Shown: positions 36,411 through 50,278 of the stretch, one piece after another
Layout of the letters: every line of letters starts with the position of its first letter
Numbering within the stretch: the first letter of the stretch is position 1
Source: Octopus bimaculoides
Taxonomy: Eukaryota
Assembly: GCF_001194135.2 (NCBI RefSeq)
Contig: NC_068982.1
Location: 139,073,939 to 139,137,938, forward strand
Direction: 5' to 3'
Length of the DNA: 64,000 nt
Notes under the pieces: generated by a model
Told to the model about the DNA's origin: nothing
The model's database searches: none
What the model saw: the letters and a program-made list of their open reading frames with translations, nothing else
Position numbers and translations under genes: made by a program

Positions 36411-39400
36411 CTATAGTAACACTGTGATTTATTAATCAATGGAATATTCGAAAAGAATCTGCCATTAGAACAGTTTTATATATTAAAAATTGCAGCTGTA
36501 AGTAACGAAAATTGTGATTTTATCGGCTTGATTTCTGTACCTCATTTAATATAGACAGTCTCTTTTATGTACAGTCGAAAGTATGTGTGATGGTATCATT
36601 CTATTTATGTATCTAGTTGCTTGTGATGATACTAGAAATGGAATAAAAATGGTGTATAAATACACAAGTATTGCATTTAACAATGGAATTTGCAGGTGAC
36701 TTCAAGGAAAATTTCACTTTTATCAGTTAGACTCCATGTTACAACAAAACAATCTTCATTGTCTAGCACCAATGTGATCTTTACTAGTATAATTTGAAGT
36801 TTCATCCTGCTCGAAAATTGCTAGGCACACTCCATAGATATTACCCCTCTACCTACCATTTTCCTTTTCTCAATCTTGAGCCTAAGACAATCTTACATGA
36901 GCTGGTACAATTTGCCTCTTTCTTCGTGTGAGTAGAAACCAAATCCACAACAAATCATTCCACGGATAATCGAGGTAACACATACGGACTTACTTTCATA
37001 GGTGTAGTTACTTGTTCAAAGACTGGTTCGTAAGAGCTCACCACAAGTTCCTAAAAAGTTCATGGCACGAATTTTGTGATAGATTACAAAGAATTCTGGT
37101 TATCATTCACAGTATTGGATGTCTCTGTCTCCCATATTTGTATATAAATATGATAAATGGCTAAACCGATTAGTCATTTCTTTCGCATTCTATTACACGC
37201 TTGATAACAAATTTCAGCAAAGTTGACTAAGAAGGAACATTGTAGATCAACGGATTCTGTCTATTGTTCAAATGCAGAGTTCGACGGCATAATTCTATGG
37301 AAGCAAAACAATAATAATTGACTTTATTATCATAGGCACAAAGCTAGATGTTGTCTTTGTGTCTGTATTTTACCCTTCATACCAATGCATTCATAAACAT
37401 TTTTACACACCCACCCTGTTTAGGTTAACAACCATATAAACCTGAATTATCTGTTAAATCTATATTTTGAATATTTTAGAGAAAATTGTTATATTTGATT
37501 ATATCTATGGTCAGTCACACGTTAGTATATTGGTAAATTAATAATCAGAAACCCGTTTTCAGTCATATATACAAAATGATGAAATATTCACCACAAGATT
37601 GATATAACTATGGACATTACTTGATCTGTAATCCAATACAACGTAAATAACATATATTACAACACTATCAGATAGAGCAGTACTAATATGACACAAAACA
37701 ATACGACACAGAATCGGACTAAATAAAACCAAGATCTCATGACACTTTCTGTTTGTGTCTTTCACCATGAATTTTATACGAGTCAATGAGGCAATGACAT
37801 GAAGTTTTCAGGTCTTCTTTAGTGGAAAGTAGGTCCTGTGTGAACTGAAATGGTTAAAGCAAAATTATGACTTAATATATCAACGGAACAAAACGGCAAA
37901 ATATTCTGATAAAATATGAATAGAGAACGTAATGAATAACATCTATTGCAAGTAAATACGGCTCTCATGTCACAGATATCAAAACAATTAGGGATACCAT
38001 ATAATTTGAACTATATATATTACAACATTTGTATTGCTCACAGACACCAGTACAATTTCACACAACGCACTGAAACCCAGAAGCGTTACGTTCATTGATT
38101 ATCATGCAAAACAAAATAGAGAAACCAGTACAAATACACACAAAAATACAATGTATTCATAGAAACTTCAACAAAGAGAGGCAATTGATGTATACTGATA
38201 AGAGACATAGAAATAAGTGTATGGAAAGAACGGTTTATGTCTAACCTCTGCCATATTTCATACCCTGTATCTAATTTACATTCGATCGTATCCCATCAAC
38301 CACCATTGTGAAGTGACAACCGTGTTCCATAACAATATTATGTATAATCGCTTTGCAAACCTAATACATAGAGAGAGAGAGCTTATTAGCTGAAGCATCC
38401 ATAATTTTGAGATAGATTATCAAGTGTTTTGATTAATATTTACAATTATAGTCATCGTCATAGCCTCCAATATATGCAATATCTGCAGAAAGCTAATAAA
38501 CGTCAGTGCTTTGCATACGTATCTATAAATATAATGAACAGCTTAACTGATTTGGAATGTCTTATGTGTTACATTGTACATTTGATAACAAACAACAACT
38601 TTGAATAAGGATGAACATCACATGACTATAGACGCAGGTAGGATTGTGTTAAGAGGTTGAACTTGCAGCTTGGTGCTATCGCGTTCGATCCCACTGCATC
38701 AGGGACAGTTATCTTCCACTATATCTTCCATTGGAGATTACTCGCCTTTTCCAGCGACATGAACCAGTCATTTCATCGAGTCTGCAATATATATATTAGA
38801 AAAACACACACCAACGCTGATTTGCCAGAAACACAATACAACATTATGCCAGACAAATTAAAATGTTTAATAATAATATGCTTGTAGAAACTAATAAAAG
38901 TAGATAAGTGCCATCGATCTGTGTGTATATATCTATTATTGTTTTGTTTCAATGCACAGCAAGCCTAATCTCTAATATCTGATTATAAAATAGCTGTATA
39001 TGTTATATTAGTCGTAAGAAACAATATAAACTATTGCGACAATCATAACGACAATAAAAGTAACAACAACATGAACAGTATCAATAAAAGCAATAGAAAC
39101 AACTTTAAATAGCAGTATAACACGAAACCTATTGCCAAACTAAGACAAATATACGTCGCATTAACAACAACGTCAGCTGTCGCTGTGGACTGTAGCTACT
39201 TTACAAGACAGCATACCACTGATTGACTAACTATTAGTAGAGATGTATTAAAGTAATAAGTTGACTAATTGCCTTTCCACATATTTAGAGAATAATGATA
39301 ATCAATAGGTGTTTCAATTTTTGTCAAATGTATCTCTGGTTTATGTAACTAAACACCTTTAATACTAAACTTTTATAGGGAGATTAAAGTACACGGATTA

Positions 39401-39464
39401 TGCGTGTATGTATGTGTACATATACACACAGAGGCCCACACATGCACACACACTCACACACATA

Positions 39465-39620
39465 TATATACGACGGGCTTCTTTCAGTTTCCGCCTACCA
39501 CATGTACTGACAAGGCTTTTGTCTGCCCGAGGCTACAGTAGAAGACACTTGCTCAACGTGCCATGCAGTGGTACTGAACCCGGAACCATGTGATTGAGAA
39601 GCGAGCTTCTTACCCTCCTG
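39465..39620 (-). mobile_element. SINE family B, 5' half
   Basis: cgacgggcttctttcagtttccg...gaagacacttgctcaacgtgccatgcagtggtactgaacccggaacc. Confidence 0.85.
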
Positions 39621-39622
39621 CG

Positions 39623-39660
<38 letters not shown>

Positions 39661-40587
39661 TTTTTATATATGTATATATACGTACAAACATATACATATA
39701 TCACATACAATACATTGAAGGAGAACCAATGACCTCACCTTTTCTCTCGTCTAGAGTCTGTAATTATAATTTCAGATTTGCTAACGAAGAACACGAAGTA
39801 CAATTATTAATGAAAAAATAATTAGATAATTAGAAACGCAAAATTCTAAATTTGAAAATTTTATCTTGCATTATAAATTTTTTTCACGGTGGACTGAGCA
39901 GCAGTGGACGAAATATGGTCTTGTAGCAGGTCTCACCAATATCATGATGCGGCTTTAGAATCACAGTTTGAAGACACAATAGAAAACAAAAATATCAACT
40001 ATGAAATAAATTTTATGTTTTAAATGTAATTAGTTTTCTTAATCTCAAATAGGACGTCTGTATTTAGAATTATAAATGTGATAGTTGTGTTCTTTTCTGC
40101 AAATTGGTATTGTCTTTCAGTCAAGGAAATCAACAACAGCAAACTAAATGAAAATATTTTTCGTGTATCCATAACGTTCATGGTCATGTGAATTCGGTTT
40201 GTTTAATTGATACTGAATATTTACGTTCATTAGTTTTCGAAAAAAAATCTCATTATTTTAATGATGATAAGGAGGGAAATGACGAAAACTATTGTTATTC
40301 TGATATTGCTAATCATATGCTTAATTATCTTTAAAACAGTATTATTAACACCGTGTTGCTAACATGCATAATGACATGATCATAATTATAACAAATACGT
40401 TATTGTATTGAATAACTATTACTTTATATCATTTCATAACATCTATTTATTTGCTGGTTGTATCTCTGCTATTAAAAATACATATAATGAAGTAATTGTT
40501 TTTTAGGAAATTTATAAGTGGTGGTTGAGTTTGAGTTAGTTGTTTCAATATAGTGTAAGATAATGAGCAGAGAATATATATATATAT

Positions 40588-40735
40588 ATATAAGGATTTA
40601 CTTATTGTAATGAGATAAAAAAAACCAACGCTGTGTATAATATAGAACATTTATAATATAGAATATTTATAAATGTTCTATATTATACACAACCTTGGTT
40701 TTTTTTATCTCATTACGAACAGTAAATCCTTATAT
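40588..40735. repeat. AT-rich fold-back with ~68-bp arms
   Basis: ataaggatttac..gtaatgagataaaaaaaaccaa..tgtgtataatatagaacatttata and its reverse complement, separated by about 12 nt. Confidence 0.85.
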
Positions 40736-42299
40736 TCGCACGCTGATATATGACCTACGTTGGACCCCCTTATTCGCATAATCACCGAACCTGGAGCTTA
40801 ACTGTTGTCTATCCATAGCACTTACTCAGCATTACCTGAAACTTCTGGGTCTAATAAACACCACTATCGCTCATAACCTATATATATATATATATCGTAC
40901 TCAAATAGGTGCATGTAGATAGAAAATTCTCGTACATGAAGCTAGGTTAGGATTGAGAAATAAACACTTTAAAATAACATTGTAAGTATATACACAGAAA
41001 ATCGGCAGTGGTTGGAGCATTTGACAAAATAATTTACCTTCGTGGTATTTAATACGATACACTGTTCAAATATGGCTAATGGTTATCTTTTGCTTTTATC
41101 TTCCATGGGTCGATAAAATATGCGCCAATACGAATCGATTGATTGTTGGAAATAGAAGACTTTCGAACCGGATTCCTTGCGCTTTTATTTGTAGCTCTTT
41201 GTTACTATGTTCACATCCTGCTATGGCCTACTTCAGCGGCTCGCTCAAAACTAATCTTGGTTTAAAATCCCAATCAGCGAGCCCAAGTACGTTGCTGCAA
41301 GCATTCGGGTCCGGTTTCCCGTTTGGAGACAGCTTCTACTCTCCCAGTTGTGTCTTAGGCTCTGAAACGGTTCAGGGCTACCGTATTCATTCGTCATTGA
41401 AAGACAAAGTAGGTCTACCGAAGGTAACACTTTCCACACATCAGTTATAAATTCACTAACAGAGTAATATATTTGCTTAGTACAGTGCTACTAATAATAG
41501 CAAGCTGGTATAAATTATAAGTTCACAGGAATGCTAGCTAGTAATAGCAATAAACGCCTTTGAATAATTCATATAATCTATCCATATTTTGACTTCGGCT
41601 GCTTCATATTGCAATTTATTTACGGTCGATTAATACCAAGGCAGCACTTCAGTAATCTCTAACTTCCCCTCTTACAAAAGCAAATATACTCTGCATCGAA
41701 GAGTTTATTATTGCTGAATGTTTCTGAAGCGGCTTCCTTCCTTAAAAAGAGAGCAGCCTTTTAGTTTGACTAATATACGTATGATGTTACTATTAGCTTT
41801 GTAATCATTCTCCTCTCAATCTAATAATGAAGCGAAATACAATTATATTGCTCGGATATATCATTCGGTTTTAGCTTAATAACTTTTAAAAACATGTTGA
41901 TATTAATATCGAGTAGATAAAAAGCTTATTTATTTCATAATACCATTAGTAAATATGTCGTATTAAAATGTAATATTACCAATCTTCACTTATACCATTT
42001 CATAGCTGTTTTAAAAGCAGCCGATTTTATTGGTTATGCTATGTACAGAATAAAAAAAAATAGTTAATGAATAAAGTCAACTGTATAATTTTATTATGAA
42101 TCTCGCAACAGATTTCGAATATAATATTTCGTTATCATAGGGAATTTTCTTTCCGAATGCTGTTTCCACACCTGATCACGAAAATACATAAATCATGAAT
42201 TCCAACCAAATTTATTGGCCGATTGAACAAGACAAAGAAAGTTGTTCTTCGCAGTCATACTAGATCACTTTTTTTGATTTAAGTACAAGGGAAGCAAAT

Positions 42300-42650
42300 A
42301 TGAGGGAAAGGAGTTAATCGATGCTATATAACTCAGTCCTAGATTGGTACTTTATTTGTCGACCACTGAAATAATGAAAAGTAAATGTGACCCCGGCAAA
42401 ACTTGATCTCTAAACGTAAAAACCCAGAAGTAATATTACTTCGAAATTTTAGTATAATACCAGCAATTATAAGGGGTGGAATTAAGTCGATTGAATTGAC
42501 TCCAGTGTTCTACTGGTACCTATTTTATCGACCCGGAAGGACGAAAAGCTAAGTCGGAGGAATTTCAAGTCAGAAAACAAAGACAGACGAAACGCCCCTA
42601 AGCATTTCGACCGGCGTGCCAACGATTCTGTCAGCTTGCTTCCTTTAAAT
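42300..42650 (-). mobile_element. Two SINE family A units, degenerate
   Basis: ttttatcgacccggaaggacgaaaagctaagtcggaggaatttc...ctaagcatttcgaccggcgtgccaacgattctgtcagc. Confidence 0.8.
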
Positions 42651-43719
42651 TCCGGAAGAAATATTGCAAAGCGATTTTTTTTACGATTTGATGATTCTGC
42701 AAAACCCACCAAACTTGAATTAAAATAGAGATTACAATTTTCTTTTCCTTTCAAAATACTGGCTCCCGATATTATTTGATTGAATCACCCTACAGAGAAG
42801 GGATCCAGTGGAATCTAAATCGTTGATGTATATGAATATTGGTGACGATTTCTAAAATGAAAAAAAAAAAAAAGAAATGCAATTGAAAAATACTTAAGGA
42901 TAATTATAACATATTTTATATTTCCCCATTATCGAAAAACAAAACAAAATAAAGTCCTAGAAAAGAAGTTCTTCATCTTGCTGTACAATCTAATAACCAA
43001 CCAATCGGTATCAAGCTTTTATAAGAATATTCTCTTTGAAATGCTTTAGGGAAATACATTGGAAGATATATATTTTTTAAGTTTCTTAACAAAAGAATTA
43101 GTATTGATTTCTTTTAAATGTGAATCGTATGGGTATCAATCATAGTATGTAACAATGCCAATGTGTGATTGTATTAGAACATTCTTAGAATATTTCTCAA
43201 AATATAGTTACGTTAGAATATTAATATTTAGTTTGTGGTTATTTAGAAAGTTTGCTGCAACCGAACAAATTTTGGGTGGTAGATCTAATACATTTCTAAG
43301 GAAATTGCAAGTCCAAAAATTTCGTACGTAATGAAGGCAGATGAAAATGTGGTTGTAGTGTTGTGTCAAACTAATTGAGATGGATGAAATGTGTTCCCGG
43401 AAGTAACACAACATCGCATAATCATTATTACAGTACGACGTCGTTACGGAAAGATGTTTCTTTCACAATTATCCATCCATCCATCCATATATATATATAT
43501 ATATAATCAAAACAATGGAGAAAAAGAACAAGAAGAAAAAGCAACAGGAGGATGTAGTACATGCAAAGTATTCAGAAGACACTCAAAGAAGGAAAGAAGA
43601 AGAAGTGGTTGCTTTACGTTTCGAGCAAAGCTCTTCTTCGGAAACAGGAGACATGGGAAAGTCCAAAATAAAAGGAAGAAGTGGGAAAAAATCAATCGGC
43701 GCACTCACACATATGTATG

Positions 43720-44950
43720 GAGAACACACAAAACTATTAAGTTCAGTGCGACTTGCAGCATCAATTGGGAAGTTCTAGCAGATGATGGAATCGGAAACCA
43801 ATATAGGGACACATTTGCATTTAATTGCAGAGAACTTCTTGACCGAATTGAAAACGTCGAATTGGCATGGAGATTATTTTGTTCGTCAGCTTCTTCTTCG
43901 GCGTACAATGCCGTTGATCTAAGCATCTCGGTTCAGGAATTAAAACCTAAGAAGTTAGCTAAGAAGAAGGGTTACAAATCTTGATTTGCAAATAAGTTCC
44001 CTCTTTTGCGCAGGAAGTATACTGAGGGGCGGGAAGTTCGATTAGAGACAGTAAAATCGTCCATTCGAAGCCACGAGAGGAATTTGAGGTTAAGATGTAT
44101 TCTGACTTTTGAATGGTCAATAAAGTATTCTGGCAAACCATCCGCTTGCTTCGTAACAAGAAGCCCTCTTTCACATTTACTATTTAGAACTTAGCTCGGA
44201 TTTTTATCTCTGCAGAGATAAAATCCTTGGGAGATGGAGAGAAGACTTTGCTTATCTCCTGAATCCAGTCACAATAAAATTTTCGGCTGAATACCTGGTG
44301 TATCTGGAGGCGAAGTTTAATCTCACAGTAACTGACGTTTTAGAGGTTATAAAATCACTCAAGTGAGGCAAGGCCGATTGGAAGATGAAATTCGGCCAGA
44401 GATGTTAAAAATTTTAAACGAAGAAACTATTCTCTAACAACTCGGTTATGCTAAGTGGATTTAACAATAAAGCTAATGCAATCAGGATAGATAATCACAA
44501 TTTTTAAAAAGAGAATCAAGAGAGAGCGCTATAATTATAGAGGAATCTCCTTGTGGATCCTCTCCGTAAAGTCTTTGTTAGTTGTCTGGATAAGAGTTGT
44601 AGGGAAATTGCTGATCCCAACATGTTGACAGCTCGTCTTCCGTGTTCGATGAAGCACAACCGATCAAATATTCACTCTACGGTAGGTTTTCGAGAAATGT
44701 TGGAAAATAGTGTCAAGAAGCGTACATTTGCTTTGTAGAGCTATTAACAGCGGGCAGCGGGACACGGGACACGTTATGGAAGGTTTTGCGGGAGATTAGG
44801 ATTAGTAGGCTATCAAGTTGCTGTCAAGTTTCTATACGAATGCTCAATTTCCTGCATTCGGGTAAATTGTGCTCAGTAGAAACCTTTCCAGTGGTTGTTG
44901 AAATTCAGCAGGTTTGCTTATTTTCACCTCTTCTGTTCACATTTTCTATG
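43720..44950 (+). mobile_element. RTE-clade LINE ORF2 fragment, degenerate
   Basis: EVLADDGI..VELAWRLFCSSASS; DEIRPEMLKILN; NYRGISL; STTDQIFTLR*VFEKCWK; RDTLWKVLRE..LYECS..IRVN..KPF. Multiple stops and frameshifts. Confidence 0.85.
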
Positions 44951-45149
44951 ACGTGCATTTGAATGTCGGTTAGAATGTCGCAGGAATGAATCGCATGACG
45001 AGGTTTTCAAGTCGAGCCAACTGGCAGGTGACCTTGTGGTAGACGAATAACGAGACAATATCAGTTGGCTATGCTTCAAAATCCAGCCGGAAACTGTAAC
45101 GACGATTGTTTCTTATAAGAGAAGATGCCTGAACTCTCTGCCTTTCAAC

Positions 45150-45420
45150 CCTCCCTGCAACAATGAACATAGAGAATGAATGGATATATATATATATATG
45201 AAGAGTGTACATTTATACACAAAAGAGGTGACCCTAAACAGGATACCTTACATTCTAAAAGGAACAGTCAAAGCCCAAACCACGACAAAGAATAATTTCG
45301 AAGGGAATGAAAAATAAAAACATTTTCAATAGTTAGCACTTGCACCTAGGTTTCGAACATTAATGAACAAATAAAATATTTTGTTATGCGTGTTCTCATC
45401 AGCAAGGGCGCTAACATTTA
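45150..45420 (-). mobile_element. Penelope-like pLTR fragment carrying a hammerhead motif
   Basis: Inferred from the hammerhead at 45332-45415 and the adjacent AT-rich tail. No coding homology seen. Confidence 0.45.
45332..45415 (-). ncRNA. Type I hammerhead ribozyme motif (cleavage triplet GUG, probably inactivated)
   Basis: Minus strand: gttagcgcccttg CTGATGA GAACA...TGTTC GAAA CCTAGGT G caagtgctaac. Stem I has about 11 bp with a bulge. The core is canonical, stem II is closed by G-C, and helix III is the palindrome ACCTAGGT. Confidence 0.75.
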
Positions 45421-46597
45421 ACATATAATTATGGGACAAATATACAACACAGCAAATAGAAGTATATGTTTCGACCTTCTTCAAAATTATATATATGCAT
45501 GTATATGCATAGGTACCTATACAACTTTATGCACATATATGTAAATATACGCAGTTATATGTGCATGTGGGTGGAGATGTTGTTTATGTGTGTGTATGCG
45601 TATGTATGTAGAAGAGGTGTGATTGTGTATGTAAGAGAGTTATTTCTGATTAACATAAGTGTTTGTCTCTCAATACTGAAACATTTTCATTAACAAAGCG
45701 TATACTCATAATGATGTACAATTTAGAGATGCATTCAGTGTAAACATTTTTTCTATTCAGCTGAACGTTTTCTTTCTGACTTTCTATTTGTGACCAATGG
45801 GAGAACGACACATGCATAGCTGTAAACATAACGGGCAAAATTCAACTATCGCTCGCAACGTTAGAATATTTGTATTAAAAAAATATTTTCAGTTAATTGA
45901 GTTATTACAAGTTGTCTCCCTTTTTTATTCTGAGAATTAAAGTTTTATTAATGATAATAATTTCCTTCTCATTAGGGCTGCAATACCAATTAATTAATTA
46001 AATATTATGTTCAGCTCATCATCTGGGATGTGAAAGCGTTTATTAAGCTCTATTTTGTACATGCAAAAGGCACCATTGGGAAATCTTCTAATGTTGTTTT
46101 TTAATTTAGCTAATTAATGAATATTTTTTGACACAAATGAATAATTGTATTTGTACTTCTAATCTTTCATTAACCCTTGCGTTCACTATGTATCAAAAGT
46201 GTTGACCAATGACACAAATATACGTCCAAAATTTATAGTGTTGAGCACAAAGATCAGGTTCATTCTATTTCTCACTTCTGACTGTTAGAAGGAATTTTGT
46301 AGTCTCTCGGTCGACAGTGTGGCGAATTTAATATGCATTGAAGTTACTATCACCTATTTCTCAAGTGGCAGACCGTTTCAAATACTTAAGCATATTTTCA
46401 GCTCGTAATCTTCATGTGACAGCCTATCTAAGCTATATTCAATTCGTGTATGACCACCATTGGGAAATTTCACAGCCAATACACATACATACATACATAA
46501 TACATACGTACTTACATACATACATATATACATACACGTACATACATATATACATACACACCCACATAATATACATACATATTTGTGTTTCTGTCTG

Positions 46598-46642
<45 letters not shown>

Positions 46643-46774
46643 GTGTATATATATGTATATATATGTATATATATAGCATACAATCATTCATTCAAACATA
46701 CATACGCACATACGTACATATATACATGCATACATACATGTATACAGACGTACATGCATACGTACGTGTATATT

Positions 46775-47125
46775 CGCTTACTTCTTTCGGTCATTTGATT
46801 GCGGCCATGCTGGAGCACCCCTTTAGACGAGCAAATCGACCCCAGGAATTATTATTTGTAAGTCTAGTACTTATTCTATTTGCCTCTATTGCTGAACCGC
46901 TAAGTTACGGTGATGTAAACACACCAGCATCGGTTGTCAAGAGATGTTGGGTGGCAGACGCAGATATATACATACATACATACATATATATATACGACAG
47001 GCTTCTTTCAGTTTCCGTCTACCAAATCCACTCACAAGGATTTGGTCGGCTCGAGGCTATAGTAGAAGAAGCTTGCCCAAGTTGGGACTGCAGCCAGAAC
47101 CATGTGATTGGTAAGCGAGGTACTT
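46775..47125 (-). mobile_element. SINE family B
   Basis: ggtcatttgattgcggccatgctggagcacc...acaggcttctttcagtttccgtctaccaaatccactcacaagg. Confidence 0.9.
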
Positions 47126-47319
47126 AGCAAGCAGACACTCCATATAAATCCGAAGATAAATTGTTGGTCTAGATACCTATGGAAAGATCGAGAGGAAGCT
47201 TCAGAAAATATATATAATATATTTATACTGTGTTAGATGGATCACGATGTGTATCCAATATTTAGAACTCTATATATTTGGATATAACCGTCTGTGAAAC
47301 ATAAATGAGTGTTGTTTTT

Positions 47320-47607
47320 TGTTCTTTTTCGAGCCATGTCTTGCTCATAAGATCCGGTTTCCGGGTTTCATTGGCGTATAGGTTTTCCACCAGTCCGTCA
47401 CAGGTAATCTGCTAGACGCAGGAGGAAAGAGTGGGAGAAAGTTATGGTGAAAGAGTCAGCAGAATTTGGTCATGACCTTCTGCCGGAGCCGCGTGGAGGT
47501 TAGGTTTTTAGGCTCATAAACACACACATCACCTGGTCTGAGATTCAAACCCACGATCCCTCGACCGCGAGTCCACTGCTCTAACTGCTAGACCATGTGT
47601 CTGCACC
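47320..47607 (-). mobile_element. tRNA-derived SINE, third family (tRNA-Arg-like head)
   Basis: Minus strand tggtctagcagttagagcagtggactcgcggtcgagggatcgtgggtttgaatctcagacc has an A box, a TCG anticodon-like loop and a B box, then a non-tRNA body. Confidence 0.7.
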
Positions 47608-47789
47608 AAATGAGGAGTTTCTTCAAAATTTCCTTTCTTGTTTTGGTCCCATTCCAAGATGCTGGTCACATAATACTGACACTAAACATGGGTAGGAGTA
47701 ATGTTTGTTATAGGTAGTTTTCCCCATGTTCCTAGACTGGTTTAATATTCATACCGGCTTCAAAGTACAGGAATGAACCTTGAGGAAGG

Positions 47790-48300
47790 AATGTGAAAAA
47801 GTAACTCATTTCTTTTCATCATGTAGATCTTTCGGGGTTGTGCAACTGAGCCCAAGCAGTTTTAAGCATTGGTCAAATCTTAGATCTTGTTTAATACATC
47901 AAGCAACAGAAGTATGTTCTAAGGGGGTCTATTTTTTTAAGAACCGCCTAATTGGGGGGTTCACTGACCACCACTCCTATTTCTACTGCATTTTAAAGTA
48001 AATAGATGGCATTGGCGACCACATCGGGGCTATGACAATGAATTGCATACCATGAATTAACACGGAATACCTTGAGGAGGTTCAATTTCTGAAGAGCCGC
48101 TTAAATGGGGCCCCGCTGACCCCACCGGTATTTTTACCACATTTACCTCGCTCCAACGCTTATTGATTGAACAATGAAAAGCATCAGTGCTTGGCATATT
48201 TGCAGAAATATGTATCCTTGTAGACGAGTAGAGGGTCGCTAAGCGGTCGGATAGTGGCGACAAAGGCCTCAAAGATGATCTCTCCAGGAAGTAGCCCGAA
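47790..48300 (-). mobile_element. Degenerate CR1-like RT fragment
   Basis: LATLYSST (YADDxTL-like), RWSEVNVVK (W...N.V.FN-like), LKLLGLSCT. Confidence 0.45.
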
Positions 48301-49722
48301 AGCCGCCCGAAAGCTAATATATATATATATATATATATANNNNNNNNNNNNNNNNNNNNNNNNNNNNNNNNNNNNNNNNNNNNNNNNNNNNNNNNNNNNN
48401 NNNNNNNNNNNNNNNNNNNNNNNNNNNNNNNNNNNNNNNNNNNNNNNNNNNNNNNNNNNNNNNNNNNNNNNNNNNNNNNNNNNNNNNNNNNNNNNNNNNN
48501 NNNNNNNNNNNNNNNNNNNNNNNNNNNNNNNNNNNNNNNNNNNNNNNNNNNNNNNNNNNNNNNNNNNNNNNNNNNNNNNNNNNNNNNNNNNNNNNNNNNN
48601 NNNNNNNNNNNNNNNNNNNNNNNNNNNNNNNNNNNNNNNNNNNNNNNNNNNNNNNNNNNNNNNNNNNNNNNNNNNNNNNNNNNNNNNNNNNNNNNNNNNN
48701 NNNNNNNNNNNNNNNNNNNNNNNNNNNNNNNNNNNNNNNNNNNNNNNNNNNNNNNNNNNNNNNNNNNNNNNNNNNNNNNNNNNNNNNNNNNNNNNNNNNN
48801 NNNNNNNNNNNNNNNNNNNNNNNNNNNNNNNNNNNNNNNNNNNNNNNNNNNNNNNNNNNNNNNNNNNNNNNNNNNNNNNNNNNNNNNNNNNNNNNNNNNN
48901 NNNNNNNNNNNNNNNNNNNNNNNNNNNNNNNNNNNNNNNNNNNNNNNNNNNNNNNNNNNNNNNNNNNNNNNNNNNNNNNNNNNNNNNNNNNATATATATA
49001 TATATAGACCTTTCTGTCTATCAGCCCCTTCACCGTTATTCGTTCATTCCACTGTTCGTTCTTTCGTTCCCACTCGCTAACATTTACTTGCCTTCTCTTG
49101 TTTCCCTCCACTTTTCACTTTACTGTGTCCCTGTCATTTTTCTCACCCCTCCCTAATGCTTTTGTCCCTTTGCCTCTTCCTATCCCACGTGACGGGTGTA
49201 CCGCCAAGCGTGATCGTTCTTTCTTGGCCGGCCGTTGTGCGTGTAACATCGTTATTCCTCCCTATCCCTGTGAAATCTTATATTCCTGCCATAAGGCATT
49301 ATTTCCACAACGCCAGCTAAATTTAATTCGTCCTTAGTCGAAAGAAATCTGTTGTTATGTCCTGGTTTATTATTTTTATTGTATTTGTGTAACATTATTC
49401 GTTTTCTTTCCGTCCTTGTATTTGCACACAGTCGTTGCNNNNNNNNNNNNNNNNNNNNNNNNNNNNNNNNNNNNNNNNNNNNNNNNNNNNNNNNNNNNNN
49501 NNNNNNNNNNNNNNNNNNNNNNNNNNNNNNNNNNNNNNNNNNNNNNNNNNNNNNNNNNNNNNNNNNNNNNNNNNNNNNNNNNNNNNNNNNNNNNNNNNNN
49601 NNNNNNNNNNNNNNNNNNNNNNNNNNNNNNNNNNNNNNNNNNNNNNNNNNNNNNNNNNNNNNNNNNNNNNNNNNNNNNNNNNNNNNNNNNNNNNNNNNNN
49701 NNNNNNNNNNNNNNNNNNNNNN

Positions 49723-49757
<35 letters not shown>

Positions 49758-50099
49758 CACATATATATATATATATGATTAATGTATATTTGTGTTGCAG
49801 TGTATTTATTAAAAAAAAAAAACCTGATTGTGACATTATATTTCTGAGTGGTGTAACACTGCGAAAACTTAACCGTAGGACATGAGATGCAATTTAATTT
49901 AAATGGCAAGATCTGGCAATTGTTCAGTCGGAAACTGTTGCTCATATTTTCCTCAAAAATATATTAGACACAACATGGTCCTTGTAAAACAGAACAAACT
50001 GAAACATCAAAGCACTTTAACACAGGTAAAATTTATATTAGTTTCCACATCTACTTACGCTATGAGCGTAGTCACATTCTGCCGACAACAGCAACAGGA

Positions 50100-50179
50100 A
50101 CACTACCACCACCATCACAAATGACAACAACAGCAAAAAACAAAACAACAACAGCAATAATAACAATAACAACAACAGC

Positions 50180-50278
<99 letters not shown>

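Noticed and set aside
36600-37000. piggyBac-like transposase resemblance
   Set aside because: Catalytic aspartate motifs and spacing do not match.
43391-43984. 197-aa ORF as a host gene
   Set aside because: Its 3' half is the RTE remnant and its 5' half crosses microsatellite and purine-rich sequence.
46350-46425. Hammerhead-like ATGAAGA...GAAACGGTC on the minus strand
   Set aside because: Core C3 is missing and stems I and II pair poorly; at best a decayed relic.
47530-47607. tRNA-Arg gene
   Set aside because: No acceptor-stem pairing, and it continues into a SINE body.
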